DNA of 64,000 nucleotides from Spironucleus salmonicida (Eukaryota): NCBI RefSeq assembly GCF_000497125.1, contig NC_090597.1, positions 879,797 to 943,796 of the forward strand, read 5' to 3'. Shown piece by piece: positions 23,601 to 37,424 of this stretch (position 1 is its first letter; each line of letters starts with the position of its first letter). The notes under the pieces were generated by a model. It saw only the letters and a program-made list of their open reading frames with translations, ran no database searches and was not told where the DNA came from. The position numbers and the translations under genes were made by a program.

Positions 23601-25224
23601 AACCTTCGCCATATTAAGGATCTACTTCTGATACATAAAACTCATCCTTATCTTTAAATATTTTTAATACTATTTATTCTGGAGAAATGACCTATACGTT
23701 TATGACACCAATATTTTAAAAAAGCATTACATCTATATTTTTAACATCTTTATTAAAGTACTTCTCTCCATTGTCCATCACTTCTTCAAATATTGATTCT
23801 AATAGACTTGACATCTAATTTTAAATTATGAATCCTATAGGAATGATGTTACCGTTTTATTTAATATATCTAATATATGCAAATGCATATGTGACTTAAT
23901 AATTAGACTTGCCGTAATATAGACCAAGGTAAGGTGCATCCGTTATGATTTCAAAGGGAATCTTACTGTTAAAGTTATTTTGAAAGTCTTCAAAGGAGTT
24001 AATGTATTTTAAATCCATCTGATCCAATTTGAAATCCTTCCTTATGGTCTCAAGTATGGTATCGTTTTCGTTAGTATATTTATCATAATTAATTTTGAAT
24101 TCTTCTATTTCTGCTATACCTTGTAACTTTGATATCTTATCTATTTCATTATTAAGCTTATTTAACATTCTAGGTTCTAATCCTTTTTGAATTCTTGTTT
24201 TACGTTATGATTTCATTTATTCATATTTAATATTTTAAGCTCTTAGTTAACTAACCTTTTCGGTGTACCATCTTTACTTAATGAATTGGTTGTCGAATCT
24301 ATATGTTTCGTTTTTAATCTTTTGTATATTGGTTTTCACTTTATTGTCTAATATATTTATACAATCGTAAGGTATTTCAAATTAATTGTAATCTATCTTT
24401 TTGAAATTGCTTCTATATATTTGTTGTATTTATTTCTTTACTTACTTAGTTTTATCTTCTGATAAGTTATCCATATATATTTTGTTTAGTTTTGATTATA
24501 GCGTTTAAAACCGTTTAAGAATCTTTTTATATTTATCATTTTATGGATACACAATAGTGCCAAGTCTATTTTATGCCGATTCTATTGTTGAGAATCAAGT
24601 TATAGTTGATGCTCATTTGTTATAAGTAAAAAATGGTATCTTTTCTTTGGAAATAATAATTTTGATATATTTGTATCTTTCGATTTTCTTTATTTATTTT
24701 ATAATGTTCTCTATGCTTTGTGTGGTCGTTCCTTTATATTCTCTTCTTTGTTCTGGTCTTCCTAAATGCTTGGAATGTATTTCTTGTCTTTCTATAATTT
24801 CTTTTGTATTGTTGATTTTCTGACTTAACTTTTGAAATTTTGAAAATGGGTTATACTACTTTCCGGGGTTTAGACTGGGTGCTTACTACTTTATTATTTT
24901 TAGATTGCGTTATTTATTTCGTTTTATATAATATTCATATGTTTGAATGATCTTTCGAGTTCATTGTATTTATCCAAATTAATATTATTGGCATGTTATT
25001 GTGTTTTAATCGATTTGATTTATTTGATTATTATTTTAATATTTTAACTTGATCATTTGATAAATTATCTTTTGCTATTCTATTTATTTTTAATTAAGAA
25101 TTTCAAGTTGGTAAAGTTATAATTTATATTGATTTGATTTCATATTTGATAATTATGGGATGTAAAGATTTCTCTTTACTGCATTTATATTCTCTGTTAA
25201 GATCCTGTTGTAATTGAATTCCAT
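20594..25224 (-). pseudogene. Polinton/Maverick-type protein-primed family B DNA polymerase (pPolB) polyprotein, inactivated and C-terminally truncated
   Basis: With TAR=Gln one frame runs from ATG 25224 to ~22015 (in-frame TGAs at 24961, 24613, 24595, 23092), shifts once, and runs to TGA 20594-20596. Motifs: vOTU NNDHNCLYAAI and LCNGHYNVI; CxxC/His cluster; Exo I FLTWDIES; Exo II YAHNAAAYD; FKDS; Exo III YCIQD; VSR-like ELDGVFYHG; GGRTE; motif A variant YGIGFTSVYP; PPRDLKFPVL...KLLFPLCRTC...CKH...GFWHEIELINALYEGY. Motifs B and C are absent. Confidence 0.9.
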
Positions 25225-25632
25225 TTTTGTATATGTTAAAAAAATATGTATTACATAATGTATTTTTTTTGGGTTACATTCTTTCCTATTTTTTGATATA
25301 TATATATTGGGTTTGGGTTTGGGCGATGATGCTAATTAACTAAAATTCGGTGCTGGGGCGACCAACCCCGCCCCCAATCTCTAAAGAGATCGCGGGTGTG
25401 TGCGGGTTGCTTGATCATGTAATAATTTTTATAGCAATGTGTTTTTTTTTAAATTTCGATTTCCAAATATTGCAGAATTACCATGTTGGATGGAACTCCC
25501 AACTATTGTTTTAATAATCTAAATGCTTTTATCATAAAATTTTAAGAAAAATAGTAGATTCGAAGAAACCTGGAGTAGTAAAACTACATATAGTAATTTT
25601 TATTTTACTAGGTTTTAAATTTATTTGTTACA

Positions 25633-26508
25633 TCACTTCTTTGCTTTCCTTATGAAGTAATAACCTAATCCACCAGCAGCAGCACTTATTACGGCCAAAC
25701 CGCCTATTACTATACCAGTTATTGCACCACCACTTAATTTGTTGGCACCAGGAAGTATAGATTAAGATATACATAGTTCACCAAATTTTTCATAGCCTTT
25801 AGCACAGTCTGTGCATTTATCATCACTAGCCTTGACATATCCAGCTAGACATAAATCGCATCCAGAGTTCTCTGTGTTACAGGTAGCACATCCCTATTAA
25901 TTACTACATGCACATTCCGAAGTCGCATCGGCAGCACAATCCGTGGCAACACCATCAAGACAATATTTATCCTAAGTAAGACCATTACACTATTTAGTGC
26001 ATTTCCCTTCGATAGTTAAGACATTATTCATACTACTTGGTTCGCATGTGGCGCAAAATTCAGAAGATATGCACAGTGAGCAATTCAGGGCACAAGGCTT
26101 GCAATACTTAACAGATAAGTCGCAGTATCCTATACCCTTACCTGAACATTATTAATTAGTTTAACAAGCATCTTCACATTTATTGGTACTTTTATTCAAT
26201 ATCTTCCCTTTATTGCAAGAAGTACATTTATCTTCAGTAGATTCGCAAGTTAAACAATCTGTAGAGCACGATCCACATTTTCCAGTATTATCTAAAAATT
26301 ATTCTTCGGTGCACTTAGTACATTTTCCACCTGCACACAATTAACATCCATTTGAAGCAGTGTTATCAGTACAATTACAACTATACGTATCTGACGTAGA
26401 AATCTAAGTGCATGGTTTGCAATCGGCCGCAGTTTCGGTCGTAGCTGGGCAAAAAGTATTAGCTAAGCATTTATTACTATCTGTTGTACACTTTCCTGGT
26501 TCGACCAT
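25633..26508 (-). CDS. Cysteine-rich membrane protein (short basic tail RKAKK, CRMP1-like), 291 aa
   Basis: [21 protein letters not shown]...[36 protein letters not shown], stop in AAGTGA. Confidence 0.9.
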
Positions 26509-26879
26509 TTGATAAAAGCGATTCCACAATATATGTTAAACAGTTGTTGGTATATTTTTAGTTTATCTACATATACATTAAAGTAATATATAACTTATGT
26601 TATATTATGATAAAAACAAAAAAATACTATTATTTTCGAGTAATAATGGCTAATTTAAAAACTCTGTAACTTACTGTTATTAAATATTATAGAATATACG
26701 CTATATTTTAGAATTTCTAAAATATGTTTATAATTAAAATTGCAAATAATTATATTTAATACATCGTTATATTGGTTTTTTTTAATTTTATAATTCTAAT
26801 TTTAACATTTTTATATTTATTGAATATTTATATACTATAACCGTATTGAATTTAACTAAAAAACTATTAATAATAAATA

Positions 26880-27746
26880 TCATTTCCTAACCGTCATAAT
26901 GAAATAGTAAGTCATCCATCCACCAACTACCATTAAAGCACTGATAACTATGCCGACAATCGCACCTCCCCCTAGTTTGTTGCTAGATTCGCTGGTAGTA
27001 GGTTTGATGCATTGACCAGCAAAATGCATATGACCTTATGCATAGTATGTGCATTTTCATTATACATTCATCGCAAAAATTTTGAGACAAATACTGCAGC
27101 CAGTTTTATCGGCACTAAAAGTTGCACATCCCAATTAACTGCTACATGAACATTCCGAAGTCGCATCGGCAGCACAATCTGTGGCAACACCATCAAGACA
27201 ATATTTATTCGAAGGAAAATTTTTACATTATTTAGTGCATTTTCCATCGATAGTTAGAACATTGTTGTTATCAGTTGTTCTGCATACGATGCAAAATTCA
27301 GCAGATATGCACATTGAGCAGCTAAGGGCGCAAGGCTTGCAATGTTTGGCACATAGGTCGCAATACCAAAGATTACACTTTGAGTAATCTTTTAACTCAG
27401 AACCTGATGCTTAACAATTTTTAGCACTTATATTGAAAACAAAACCCTCTTTGTAGGAGGTATATTGTTTTGCTGCAGAGTAGCAGGTAGCGCAATTTCC
27501 ATCAGATACTAAAAATTTTGGATCAGAAGTTAAGAGATTTCCATCTAAGCATTTGGAACATTTATCCGCAGTAGATAATGCACAAGTTGATGTTGGTGCA
27601 TCTACTGCACAATTACAGCCTTGACCGGAAGATATTTTACCGCCTTCGCATGTAATGCAATCTACTACTTCTGTACCGGTAGCTGGGCAGTAAGTGTTAG
27701 CAATGTATTTATTTTCACTATTTGTGTATTCCCCAGCAAAACTCAT
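26880..27746 (-). pseudogene. CRMP pseudogene, tandem paralog of 25633-26508
   Basis: MSFAGEYTNSENKYIANTYCP. In-frame TGA at 27057-27059 before the TM and several Cys lost. Shares a near-identical patch (CATTCCGAAGTCGCATCGGCAGCACAATC) with the neighbouring gene. Confidence 0.82.
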
Positions 27747-30371
27747 TTTTGAAACAAAGTTGTTTTTAATGTTCTATATTTTCGTAGACAGTGTTACTTT
27801 TGTTAAAATTAACTTCTAAGTGTATGGTATTTACTTGGATGATCTAATTCAAAATTATCATAAACAGATTTGTAGTACATTGGACAAGATAGAAGCGATA
27901 TTAAACTTTTACTTCTACCTTGTCATATTTACTACCGTAAATGTTTTTATATAGATATACTTAAATTTGGTATTTTATATATGTACTGAATAAAGCATAT
28001 TGTACTATAGTATTATTCCAAGTATTGCTGGAGACTTATTAACACCAATCCGACCAATTGATTTAAGCTTCCATGGTTTAACGAGAATTAGATCTTGCGA
28101 GCAGAAGCCTGAATGCAAATAAAGGTGTTAATGCAGTTCTGTACTTGTGGAAAGACTCCACAATAATAATATTAACAACGTTTTCTGATATTAAGCACCA
28201 AACTAATTATTGATTATACTTTTTTGGTAACCTAAGTAGGAGAAAGATTATTAAGCATGGTAAAAATAAAATAAATATATACAATAAAGTTATTATCATT
28301 TATTTTTTTTGCCAATACTTTAGTTGAATCATTATCAGTTAGCTAGATATTGTAGTTGTAGAGCGTTGGATATTGGAGATTTTAAATTGATCGTTGCTTT
28401 TTCTTGACAATGAACATATAAACCAGAAAACCGACAGTTACACCAACCGTGACTAACACGCATATAACTATACTAATATATATCCAATCATCATCTAGTG
28501 ATCTGTACATGGCAAGTACCATATGTAGGGGAATCATTATTTTACATTTAGCGATAACCCTGCAGAAGTAAGTCACCATCAAAATAGAGTAAAAGATCAT
28601 TTATGGTTTCAAAAAACACATCGGAATTTCATTATTCTTATCCGCAAATATGAAATACGGACACCCTATCGAAAAGCTATAAACACAGTTTTATTCTTCT
28701 TGGTTGGTGACTTCCTACTAAATGATTTAGAAAAACTAAATAGAAACAATTTATTTTAGGAGAGCTAAACTTCATTGTGTATACGATAATGTTGACTTAA
28801 AATAATACTTCCATGGGCAGTCTATATTATCTAAATAACAGGATTGTATCATGATAGTATAATGGTAAGAGGAATAATTTATCAGTTGATTAACAGTTCA
28901 TGTTCTACGTCTTGTTGAGCGAAGCATTAGTCGTACCTTAATAGGTATCTGAATCTTCAAGGTGATCCTTCTATAGATAACTAGCTATTCAAAATAACAT
29001 CAAATACTAAAATAGAATATTAATATAATATAGTTAATACGATTTAACATATCTAGATTATCTACACCTGTTGTAAAGTAAGACATTGCACTGCAATTAA
29101 CCTTAATCATTACAAGTTATTATAATATTACTTTACTCAATATTCTTGCTAATATAAACATATTTTTAAGACAATCAAGTATGTCTCAAAAGTAACAGTT
29201 AATATTGCAGCAAAATCTCTACAATCTGAAAACGTCCAATTTACCATTCCTAAATTGTACTGCAAACTATACAAGATGATTTTATCAGACATTCTCCTTG
29301 TTTCATGGCATTTGCACTAAATTTGATTTAACCAGTTTAACCCACAAAAATATAGTGAGAATTGCAACGAAAATATCATAACGGCAAATCACTGTGAAAG
29401 TTCCAAATTGTGCAAGTTTGATCAGATCAGATATATTACAATTTTAGAGTTCGTCTTCTTGTAATTAGTAGAATATGGTATCTGATTATTGGGAATATAG
29501 AGATATAGTTAAATGGATAATAAGTTAGTATTGTGATAGTTAAAATGCGATAAACGAGTTTTCTAGAAATATAAAATTTAATCAGGTGGCGCTAAGCGTA
29601 ATTTTAGAATATTATAGTATAATGTATCTAAATATGGAGATTGCGAATAATTAATTCAATTGTCATTCGCATAGTAGTGTTTTATGTATAGTAACATTAA
29701 ATATATTCATATATATGTTCAGAGTATATTAATATCGCAGAGACGTAATATGGTTAATAAAAATATAAGCTGGTCAAGCCACATGGACAGGTACCTTGCG
29801 GAACAGTAAAAGTTTCATATAGTAATACATCTATATCTATATAAATGCTTGATAATAAGATATCATTTTGCATTAGGCAAGCGAAAGCAAATTTAAATTG
29901 AGCGAAGTCTGTTGGACATTATTTTGTAGCATCATTAACTGGTATCTGCATCCGTATGCTGAATCTGTTTTTGTGTTAAATTTGTTAGTAAGACCTTGCC
30001 AACCGTATTTACTTGCAAGACATCAAGACTTATGGGTAAACTTCGTAAGATATACAATAAACAATATTTAATTTATATTTAGTATAATAATTCGAATTAG
30101 ACATTTTTGAATACTTACATAATACATTAATATTAAGTTATAAAAACAACCAGTAAAATTTTAACTATAACTTTTGTATTAATGTGTTAATAATAATATA
30201 TTTGAAATTTGCATTTCACAAATAATTATGTTTTATATATTTGCGCATAATTAATTTATTTTTGAGATAATATCAATATACTGTAAATTATTTATGTATT
30301 GTTAAAAAGTAGAAACCGTTATCAAATAATACAACATAATAATAGAATACAGGAAATTACATCTTTATAAA

Positions 30372-33101
30372 ATGGCAGAAACTCCAGGAACCTGTAAGTA
30401 AGGTAGCATTAACTGTGCACAAGGATATTTTTGCACAGACCGTGCTTAAGAATAGAATATAGTAGAAATGCCGTGCGCTAAGTGTAAAGAGGACTGCGTG
30501 ACCTGTGCAGGTTTAAACGCAGTTGTCAACCACTGTACGAGCTGCAAACAGGGAGAATACCTGTCTTATGATAACTACTGTCGCGAATGTCATAAAGATT
30601 GCGAGTAATGTACTGGTCCTGAGCAAACATGTGATGGATGCAAAGATGGCTTCTACGACACTCTTGGAGTATGCGAAGTTTGCCTAGGCGATGAAGATCA
30701 AGAAGATGATTGCGTATGCGGTACATCGAAACACTGTTTAGATTGCAATCCATCCAACATGAAATAATGTGCAAGCTGCCAAGAGGGGTACGATATAAGT
30801 AGCTCAACACCATGCGAAGGCTGCCTCCCAGGATACGTTTCAATAGCTATTAAGGATGAAAATATCTGTGTTGAGTGTGATAATACCTGCAGAGAGTGCT
30901 CAGGCACAAAGACCACGTGCACGGCCTGTAACGATGGTTTTATTTTAAGTGGAAATACCTGCACTAAGTGTTTGGCTGAAACGACTCAGATCTGCCCGTG
31001 CGGCAACTCCCTCAATTGTACGACATGTAACCTTAATAATACTAATGCGTGCGCTACTTGCAAGGAACATTATGATACAACCGCAAGCCCACCCTGCTCT
31101 AAGTGCGAACCTAAATATTTTGAGCAAAATATTACAAATGGAAAGGAGTGCACCCTTTGCAGAAACTAATGCGAAACTTGCATGGATGCAAACAAATGCC
31201 TGACCTGCCAAAATGGCAATTTCTTATAAAGTTAGAAGTGCGAACTTTGTTATGGTGGTCAGAATATTGCCTGTACGTGTGGAATTGCCAAGAATTGCGG
31301 GACCTGCGATACTAATAAAAAGACGAAATGTCTCACCTGCATGCATGGTTTCGCTTCAATTAAAGTAGGCGAGTGCGATACCTGCAGCGAGGGATACTTC
31401 AAGAAGGATTCTAAGGATAATTTCACATGCGAGCCTTGTACCACCCCCAGCTGCGCCCAGTGTTCTGCCAACAAGTCTTAATGCACAAAATGTAAGCACA
31501 ATATGTTCTTAGATGACAAATAATAGTGTCAGCAGTGTGTCAAAGGCGATGGTATTTCCTGCAACTGCGGTGTTGTCGTTAACTGCGACACGTGCTCAAC
31601 AGAAGACGAATAAAAATGCGGAGATTGCCTACTTGGCTACGTAAGTGACAAGAACGGTTCCTGCACGCTCTGCGCACTGAATTACGTCAATATTGGCGAT
31701 AAGTGCGTTAAGTGTGGTGTGGACAACTGTCAAACCTGCTCAGTGGATGCCAAAACTTGCGAAAAATGCAGAAATAACTTCGCTCCTAATAATAATAAAT
31801 GTGAGGAATGTCGCGAGAACGGCTCCGAGTGCCTCTGCGGGAACGCGGTGAACTGCGCCACCTGCACACCAAATGCAGACAAATGCAAAAGCTGCGTCGG
31901 GAACTTTGACCCCAAGGCGGTCACCCCTTGCATAGACTGCCTGGGTGGATTTTTCAAATCTGACGTCAGTGGAAAGAGCACCTGCACCGCTTGCTCGGAT
32001 AAATGCACAAACTGCACATCAGCAGTCGCGTGCACGGCCTGCCAGGATGGGTTTAGTGTTGAAGGCGGCAAGTGTGTAACCTGCGAAGACGCTAACTGCA
32101 AGATCTGCTCTGCTGATAAGAATATCTGCAATACGTGCAAAACTAGTTATAAGATCGTTGGAGGGAAATGCGAGCGGGAATGCAACCCGGGCGACGCTGT
32201 CTGCGCCACCAACCAAATATGCCTAGGCACCTGCAAAACCTGCTCAATTAACTGCACGAGCTGCGAGGGTAACGTAAATAACTGCAAAAGCTGCACTCCT
32301 GGCTTTGCTTTAGATGGCAGCTCATGCACCGCGTGCTCTGCAGGATGCGCAGATTGCACTGGAAACAAGAACGTGTGCAATCTCTGTAAAGACGGCTATT
32401 TCGGCATCAACGGGGCCTGCTAGTCGTGCGAAATGAACACTACCGCGCAGTGCGAATGCTCTGGGGCAGCTAACTGCGCAACCTGCACAATTGCTAAATC
32501 CGGCACTTGCGGCACCTGCATCGCCGGCTACAAAATGTCAGCTAGCAACACCTGCACGGAGTGCGCCGACGGCTATTTGATGGTGGACAGGGTCTGCACG
32601 AAATGCGAAAAGTCGTGTAAAATCTGCTACGAAAGCATCGAGAAATGCAGCATCTGCGCGGATTCGTACACGATGAGCATCAAATAGACGTGCGAAAAAG
32701 ATTGCACCCCAGCTCTAACGAATGGCAAAGCCTGTATTGGCGGCAAAGCGGTTGAGTGCGACGATGACTATGAGCAAATAACTGCTTGCAAATGCGAAGG
32801 TGCTGTAAACTGCCAAGAATGTAAAGATGGTAACATGAGCACCTGCGAGTCCTGTATGCCTGGCTACAAACTCATCAACGGGTAGTGCTCAGAGTGCGCT
32901 GTAGGTGCGACCGCCGTTGGCAATTTTTGCTTCGATCCCTCCATTGGGTCTTAAAACTTCCTTTCTGGAGGTGCCATAACTGGTATTGTAATAGCAGTTT
33001 TGGTTGTAGTTGGACTAATTGCAGGTGGAGCTTTCTGGTATGTAAAGAGGTCTAAACATACGTATTCTGATATCGGCCTGGTCGGCCGACTTCAACAATG
33101 A
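30372..33101 (+). CDS. Cysteine-rich membrane protein (long-tail type), 909 aa
   Basis: MAETPGTCKQGSINCAQGYFC. Track ORFs 30972, 31719 and 32433 are in one frame. [37 protein letters not shown] 33099-33101. Confidence 0.92.
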
Positions 33102-33181
33102 GAAATTTAATTTATATTATAAATAAACATGATGAGAAGATATAGTATACATATAATAGGGATAAACTTATAAATTATTTT

Positions 33182-35098
33182 ATAATAATTTTGGGGTAGA
33201 TCATCAGAATGAATATAATATGCTTAGAACCTAATTTTAACAAAAATAGCCTATATATGAAAATATACCCATGCAAATTCTAATCATAGAAAGAGTGAAA
33301 CTATACGCTAAAATTGAAAGAACAGTTAAGATACACATTGCAATGACAATTTTATTGGCTGAATACCACCATATTGAGTAATTTTTTAAAGAGGGCCATA
33401 ATAATAACAGATAGTCAGTTTAACACAATCATGGTATTACTCTACGGTTCTTTATATTCTCAAAGCGCATGTTCTACCATTCTATCAGCAAGGTAGCTGT
33501 CAGTCTATCACACACTAGAGTATCATTCTGAAACTTCGTACATTCTTAATTAGCTTTACTAGTGATAATTAATTTGCGTAGATTACATTATAAATCTCTA
33601 AAGGTGTTTAAACTTATATGAAAATATTATCTCCAGAATATTATAATTGGAACATGCATGATGACAGAGTTACTATCACAATAATATGCTCAAGCAGCTA
33701 TATTCAGCTAGCAATAGTAGCATATCAATTGCAAATTATTTTATATCTTAAATATACTTGGATTGCTAATGACGGAATCTGAGTATTCTCATGATGGAAT
33801 TATACAGAAATTATGTTACAAATTATTTTAGCAGTTTAAACTCCATGCTGTCATGTGAAGAATTAGTGAGTAGCTATTTAAGCATGTGGTAACACGTTAC
33901 TAATAAAGTCAAACTTTTTAAAGTATGCAATTATTTCATATCAGGACAATTATGGTAGAGACGATCATTATAGTTAAATAGTTGAAATGCTTACTGTTTC
34001 TACAGGATATTAATAATATTAGTTGCGTAGTACTTACTTAAACTAAAATAGTCTGTTAGCGATAAATTATCCAAATATTATTATTTGTAGCTCTTCTAGC
34101 AAAAGATCATTTTATAATGGCTAGGTATACTTGAGTAGTATGAAGTTCCAATTATCGATAAATGATGTTATAAATACACTATAACTTAGAAAGTATCAGT
34201 GAGTACTTTTATGTTGCTTCAAAGTATTAGCTTAACTAAAGTGTAGAAATACCAACATACAAGAATACATACGACAACAAATTTAAAAATCAATCAACAC
34301 AAGTGCTTTAGCGACTGGAAGCATGGCAGGTATATATTTTTGCAAATATTGAGTTTTGTTAGTAGACTACTACCGGATCTCATAAAGCTCTGACTCTTAT
34401 GGCCCACAATGCTAAATTTCAGTGCCTAGCCTACGCAGCGTTGAAGGTGGCACGATTGATAATTTTGATACTCCAACAGTATTTGGACAAATTTCAAAGC
34501 AGTCGCTCACGGCCATCCAGAAATAAATATTAGTGGTATGGAGCAGACTTATTTTCTGCCTAAGCAATTAGTGAAGATAGGTTATCAGGCTGGCGCTGAA
34601 TTAATTTCGCTATATAGTATCTTAATCAGTATTTAATGTATGCAGTATCAGTTAGATCACCATAGCCTACAATTTCGAACAACTTAGCTAATTTTATAGT
34701 TATTATTAAAATGATTGTGACATCTCTCAGTAAAACTAGCATAACAGGACAATTTTGTATCGAATTATAATGATACTTTAGATACAGATTTATATAAAAA
34801 TAGTAAAAGTATAATTAAATACTAGTGGCTTTAATGAGAATACAACTACCTAATGGTAATGGAACCACGAGAATGAACTTGAAATAGAAAAATATAATAT
34901 AATTAGCTTCGTTACTTTGTATGGTGTTTAAGGATATAAAGAACTAGATCCAATGTTGGATAATATATTCAGTTTCAGGGACTTACAGTTACCACTTTTC
35001 ATATCATGCACTTGTAAACTAGCCTATTAATATAACTCAGCACTAACTGGAGAATTTTAATCTCATCCAGTAAGCACCTATTAACGCAAGCTACCAGC
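33182..35098 (+). repeat. Inverted segmental duplication, copy B (partner 1-1920)
   Basis: Reverse-complement near-identity to the start of the window. Confidence 0.85.
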
Positions 35099-36419
35099 TT
35101 TCAGGTTCAACATTTTTCATAGTATATTATATAATCATATATAATCTACTTTTACTATGTATTAATAAATATAGATTATTATATAATAAATCTATAACAT
35201 AAAACTAAAAAATACTAAATCCCCACATGACGTAGCAGCAGCAAAATCATTTCGTCAAATTTCCCAGCACCAGTTGAAAACTCCGCATTCGAGTATACAG
35301 ACTTGCCAACCTCTGGACTCCAACCCGCCCTTGCGGAGCCCTAGATTTTGCTGGGCATCTCCTCTATCTTTCGCACTTAAAGCGCATCCCGATGCTCTAT
35401 AACTGAGCTGCGCTGGTTCGTAAAATGAAGGTCCTTACAATATGGTTATCCTGCATCCATGCAGGTACCTTGCATGCTTTGTTATTCTATGTTAGTCGTA
35501 ATAGGAAATGGGAGCATTTAGCAAGTTCTGGATTCGCGGTTTCTAGGTAGTCATTTTGATGCGTTGCTTAGATGCACTAAGTAAACTGATGGAAATTTAA
35601 GAATTTCATAGAAGTAGGGCTGCGCGTAATCATAAATTCACTGGTAACGAGGACTTCGAAGCTGTAGGTTTTAAGACTTATTCGGTAGACCAAAGAAAAC
35701 TCAGCTTGCTAGGTATAGTGGATGTATGTTGCTGGAAGTGGAATAATAGAATATGGACATTTTAAAATAGTCAAGAGTCTTGCTAGGGTGCGGGCAGGAT
35801 GGAAGTGAATTTCATATCATGTGATTGTGCTGGCCATACATAGGAAGATTTAGTACATTTTGCTTAGTATAAGAATCAAATTTTATTAGGTGTCCTGGTA
35901 GTGTTCATTTATTACTAGGCATGATATTCAAAGCTATTTCATTCTATATTTGATATTAGTTAATACTAGAGATACTTCATTCAAATGATATTTTAATATT
36001 AATTATATATTATATTAAAATAACTTATTTGTTAATTTAGAAGAGAATGAAATCTACCTAATAGTAGAGCTACCTAAAAGGAATAGTATCCGTTAAGCAG
36101 TGAATGACAATAATGAAATTTCATGTCATTTAAAATTAAGCATTAGCATAGAAAGAATGCATATTGCTCAATGGTATTTGCAGTCTCAATATCGTTTTAT
36201 TAAAGCTTCGTAAACCATTTCTAGCCGAGTTTTGTAAATTTTATTTATAAAAGTAGCTTTAATTAAGTTCCGATGTAATAATATTAAATTTAGTCTATAT
36301 CTAGCATAATTTAAATTAATAATGGGAACAATGAGAAATTTGATTTCTGATAAATCAATTATTAAATTTCACATATTCTGACAACACTAGAATATTCATG
36401 TGAAAAATACAAATAATTT

Positions 36420-37424
36420 TCACTTCTTTCCTTTTTTGATGAAGTAATACGCCAGACCGCCACCGACGGCCCCTACCACCACCAGCACAGCTATCACAAT
36501 TCCCGTCACAGCACCTCCTGAGAGGTTGCCAGCCTCCTTTCTTGGGATGAAACAGAAGTCTCCAATTTTTACAACCCCATCTTCGCAAGTTTCGCATTTA
36601 TCAGACTCAAATTTATATCCCGACAGACAGGAGCCGCACTTAGCTTTATCAGTTCCGCAGGTTAAGCAGTTCTTAGCATTTGCACACTTGCACTCCGTTA
36701 TCTGGGCTTCGCCTCCGCATGGCACAATAGCAGTGCCAACGCAGGCATTTCCATCTGTTACTACTGGCATGCAATCAGCCTGACAGGTTTAGTTGATGGT
36801 AATCTGATTACCAGTCTTACACGTATCGCATAAATCAAGGCCCTATGAGCACGTAGCACAATTATCGTTGCATTTTGTGCAAACTGAGTTGGCCATCATA
36901 TAGCCATCTGCGCAAGCATCGCATACCTCACCGGTTTTCTTATAGCCAATAATACAGGTATTACATTTAGTAGTATTACCAGAATTACAGGTGGCGCAGT
37001 TGAGTGCTACACCACATTCGCACTGGTAAGTCATATTACCAGCGCAAGTACTACATTTACTATCTTTTAAGAAGAAATTGTTTTTACATATCTTACAAAC
37101 TGCTTTGTCTCCAGCACAGTTCTCACAATTTGTCGGGCAGGCTTCGCAGGTGGTTCCAGAAAGCAGATTTCCGGGTTTGCATTCACTGCACTCAGTAGCA
37201 CTATTAGCACATTTCGTGCATTTACCATCGCAGTCTGTGCAGGTACCGGAGCTGAGAAACTTATCGTCAGCGCAGGTCAGGCAGATATCGGGATTGGGTC
37301 CAGCACAGGTGACACAAGTCGCAGTACATGCAGTACACTCAGTACCAGTTGAATCTGCGCTAGTAGGACAGAAGTACCCATCGTTGCAAGTGGTTTTATC
37401 AGACTCGGTACATTTGTTCTCCAT
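36420..37424 (-). CDS. Cysteine-rich membrane protein (short tail KKGKK, CRMP1-like), 334 aa
   Basis: [20 protein letters not shown]. Track ORFs 36843-37472 and 36420-36770 are joined by TAG=Gln. Ends [34 protein letters not shown]. Confidence 0.92.

Larger units (their letters stand above)
18935..25590 (-). mobile_element. Degenerate Polinton/Maverick-like endogenous viral element (boundaries approximate)
   Basis: pPolB relic, a second co-oriented ORF, AGTAGT-ended repeats and a GC-rich hairpin patch upstream of pPolB. No integrase, packaging ATPase or capsid could be recognised by eye. Confidence 0.65.

Noticed and set aside
23092-24963. Idea that the four in-frame TGAs in pPolB are recoded as Trp or Sec (all three stops reassigned)
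   Set aside because: The same gene has a frameshift, a mutated catalytic Asp and a truncation, and uses TGG for Trp. Single-step TAA>TGA or TGG>TGA decay is the simpler explanation.
25307-25323. TTTGGG repeats as a telomere
   Set aside because: Only about three units, internal, and not a terminal array.
28750-29700. Leucine/Asn-periodic stretches suggesting LRR genes (also 44150-45600 and 59600-61050)
   Set aside because: Too eroded to define a frame or boundaries by eye; needs a table-6 translated HMM search.
35220-35830. GC-richer gene-like segment
   Set aside because: The frames I read are interrupted by TGA and show no recognisable domain, so no CDS can be supported.
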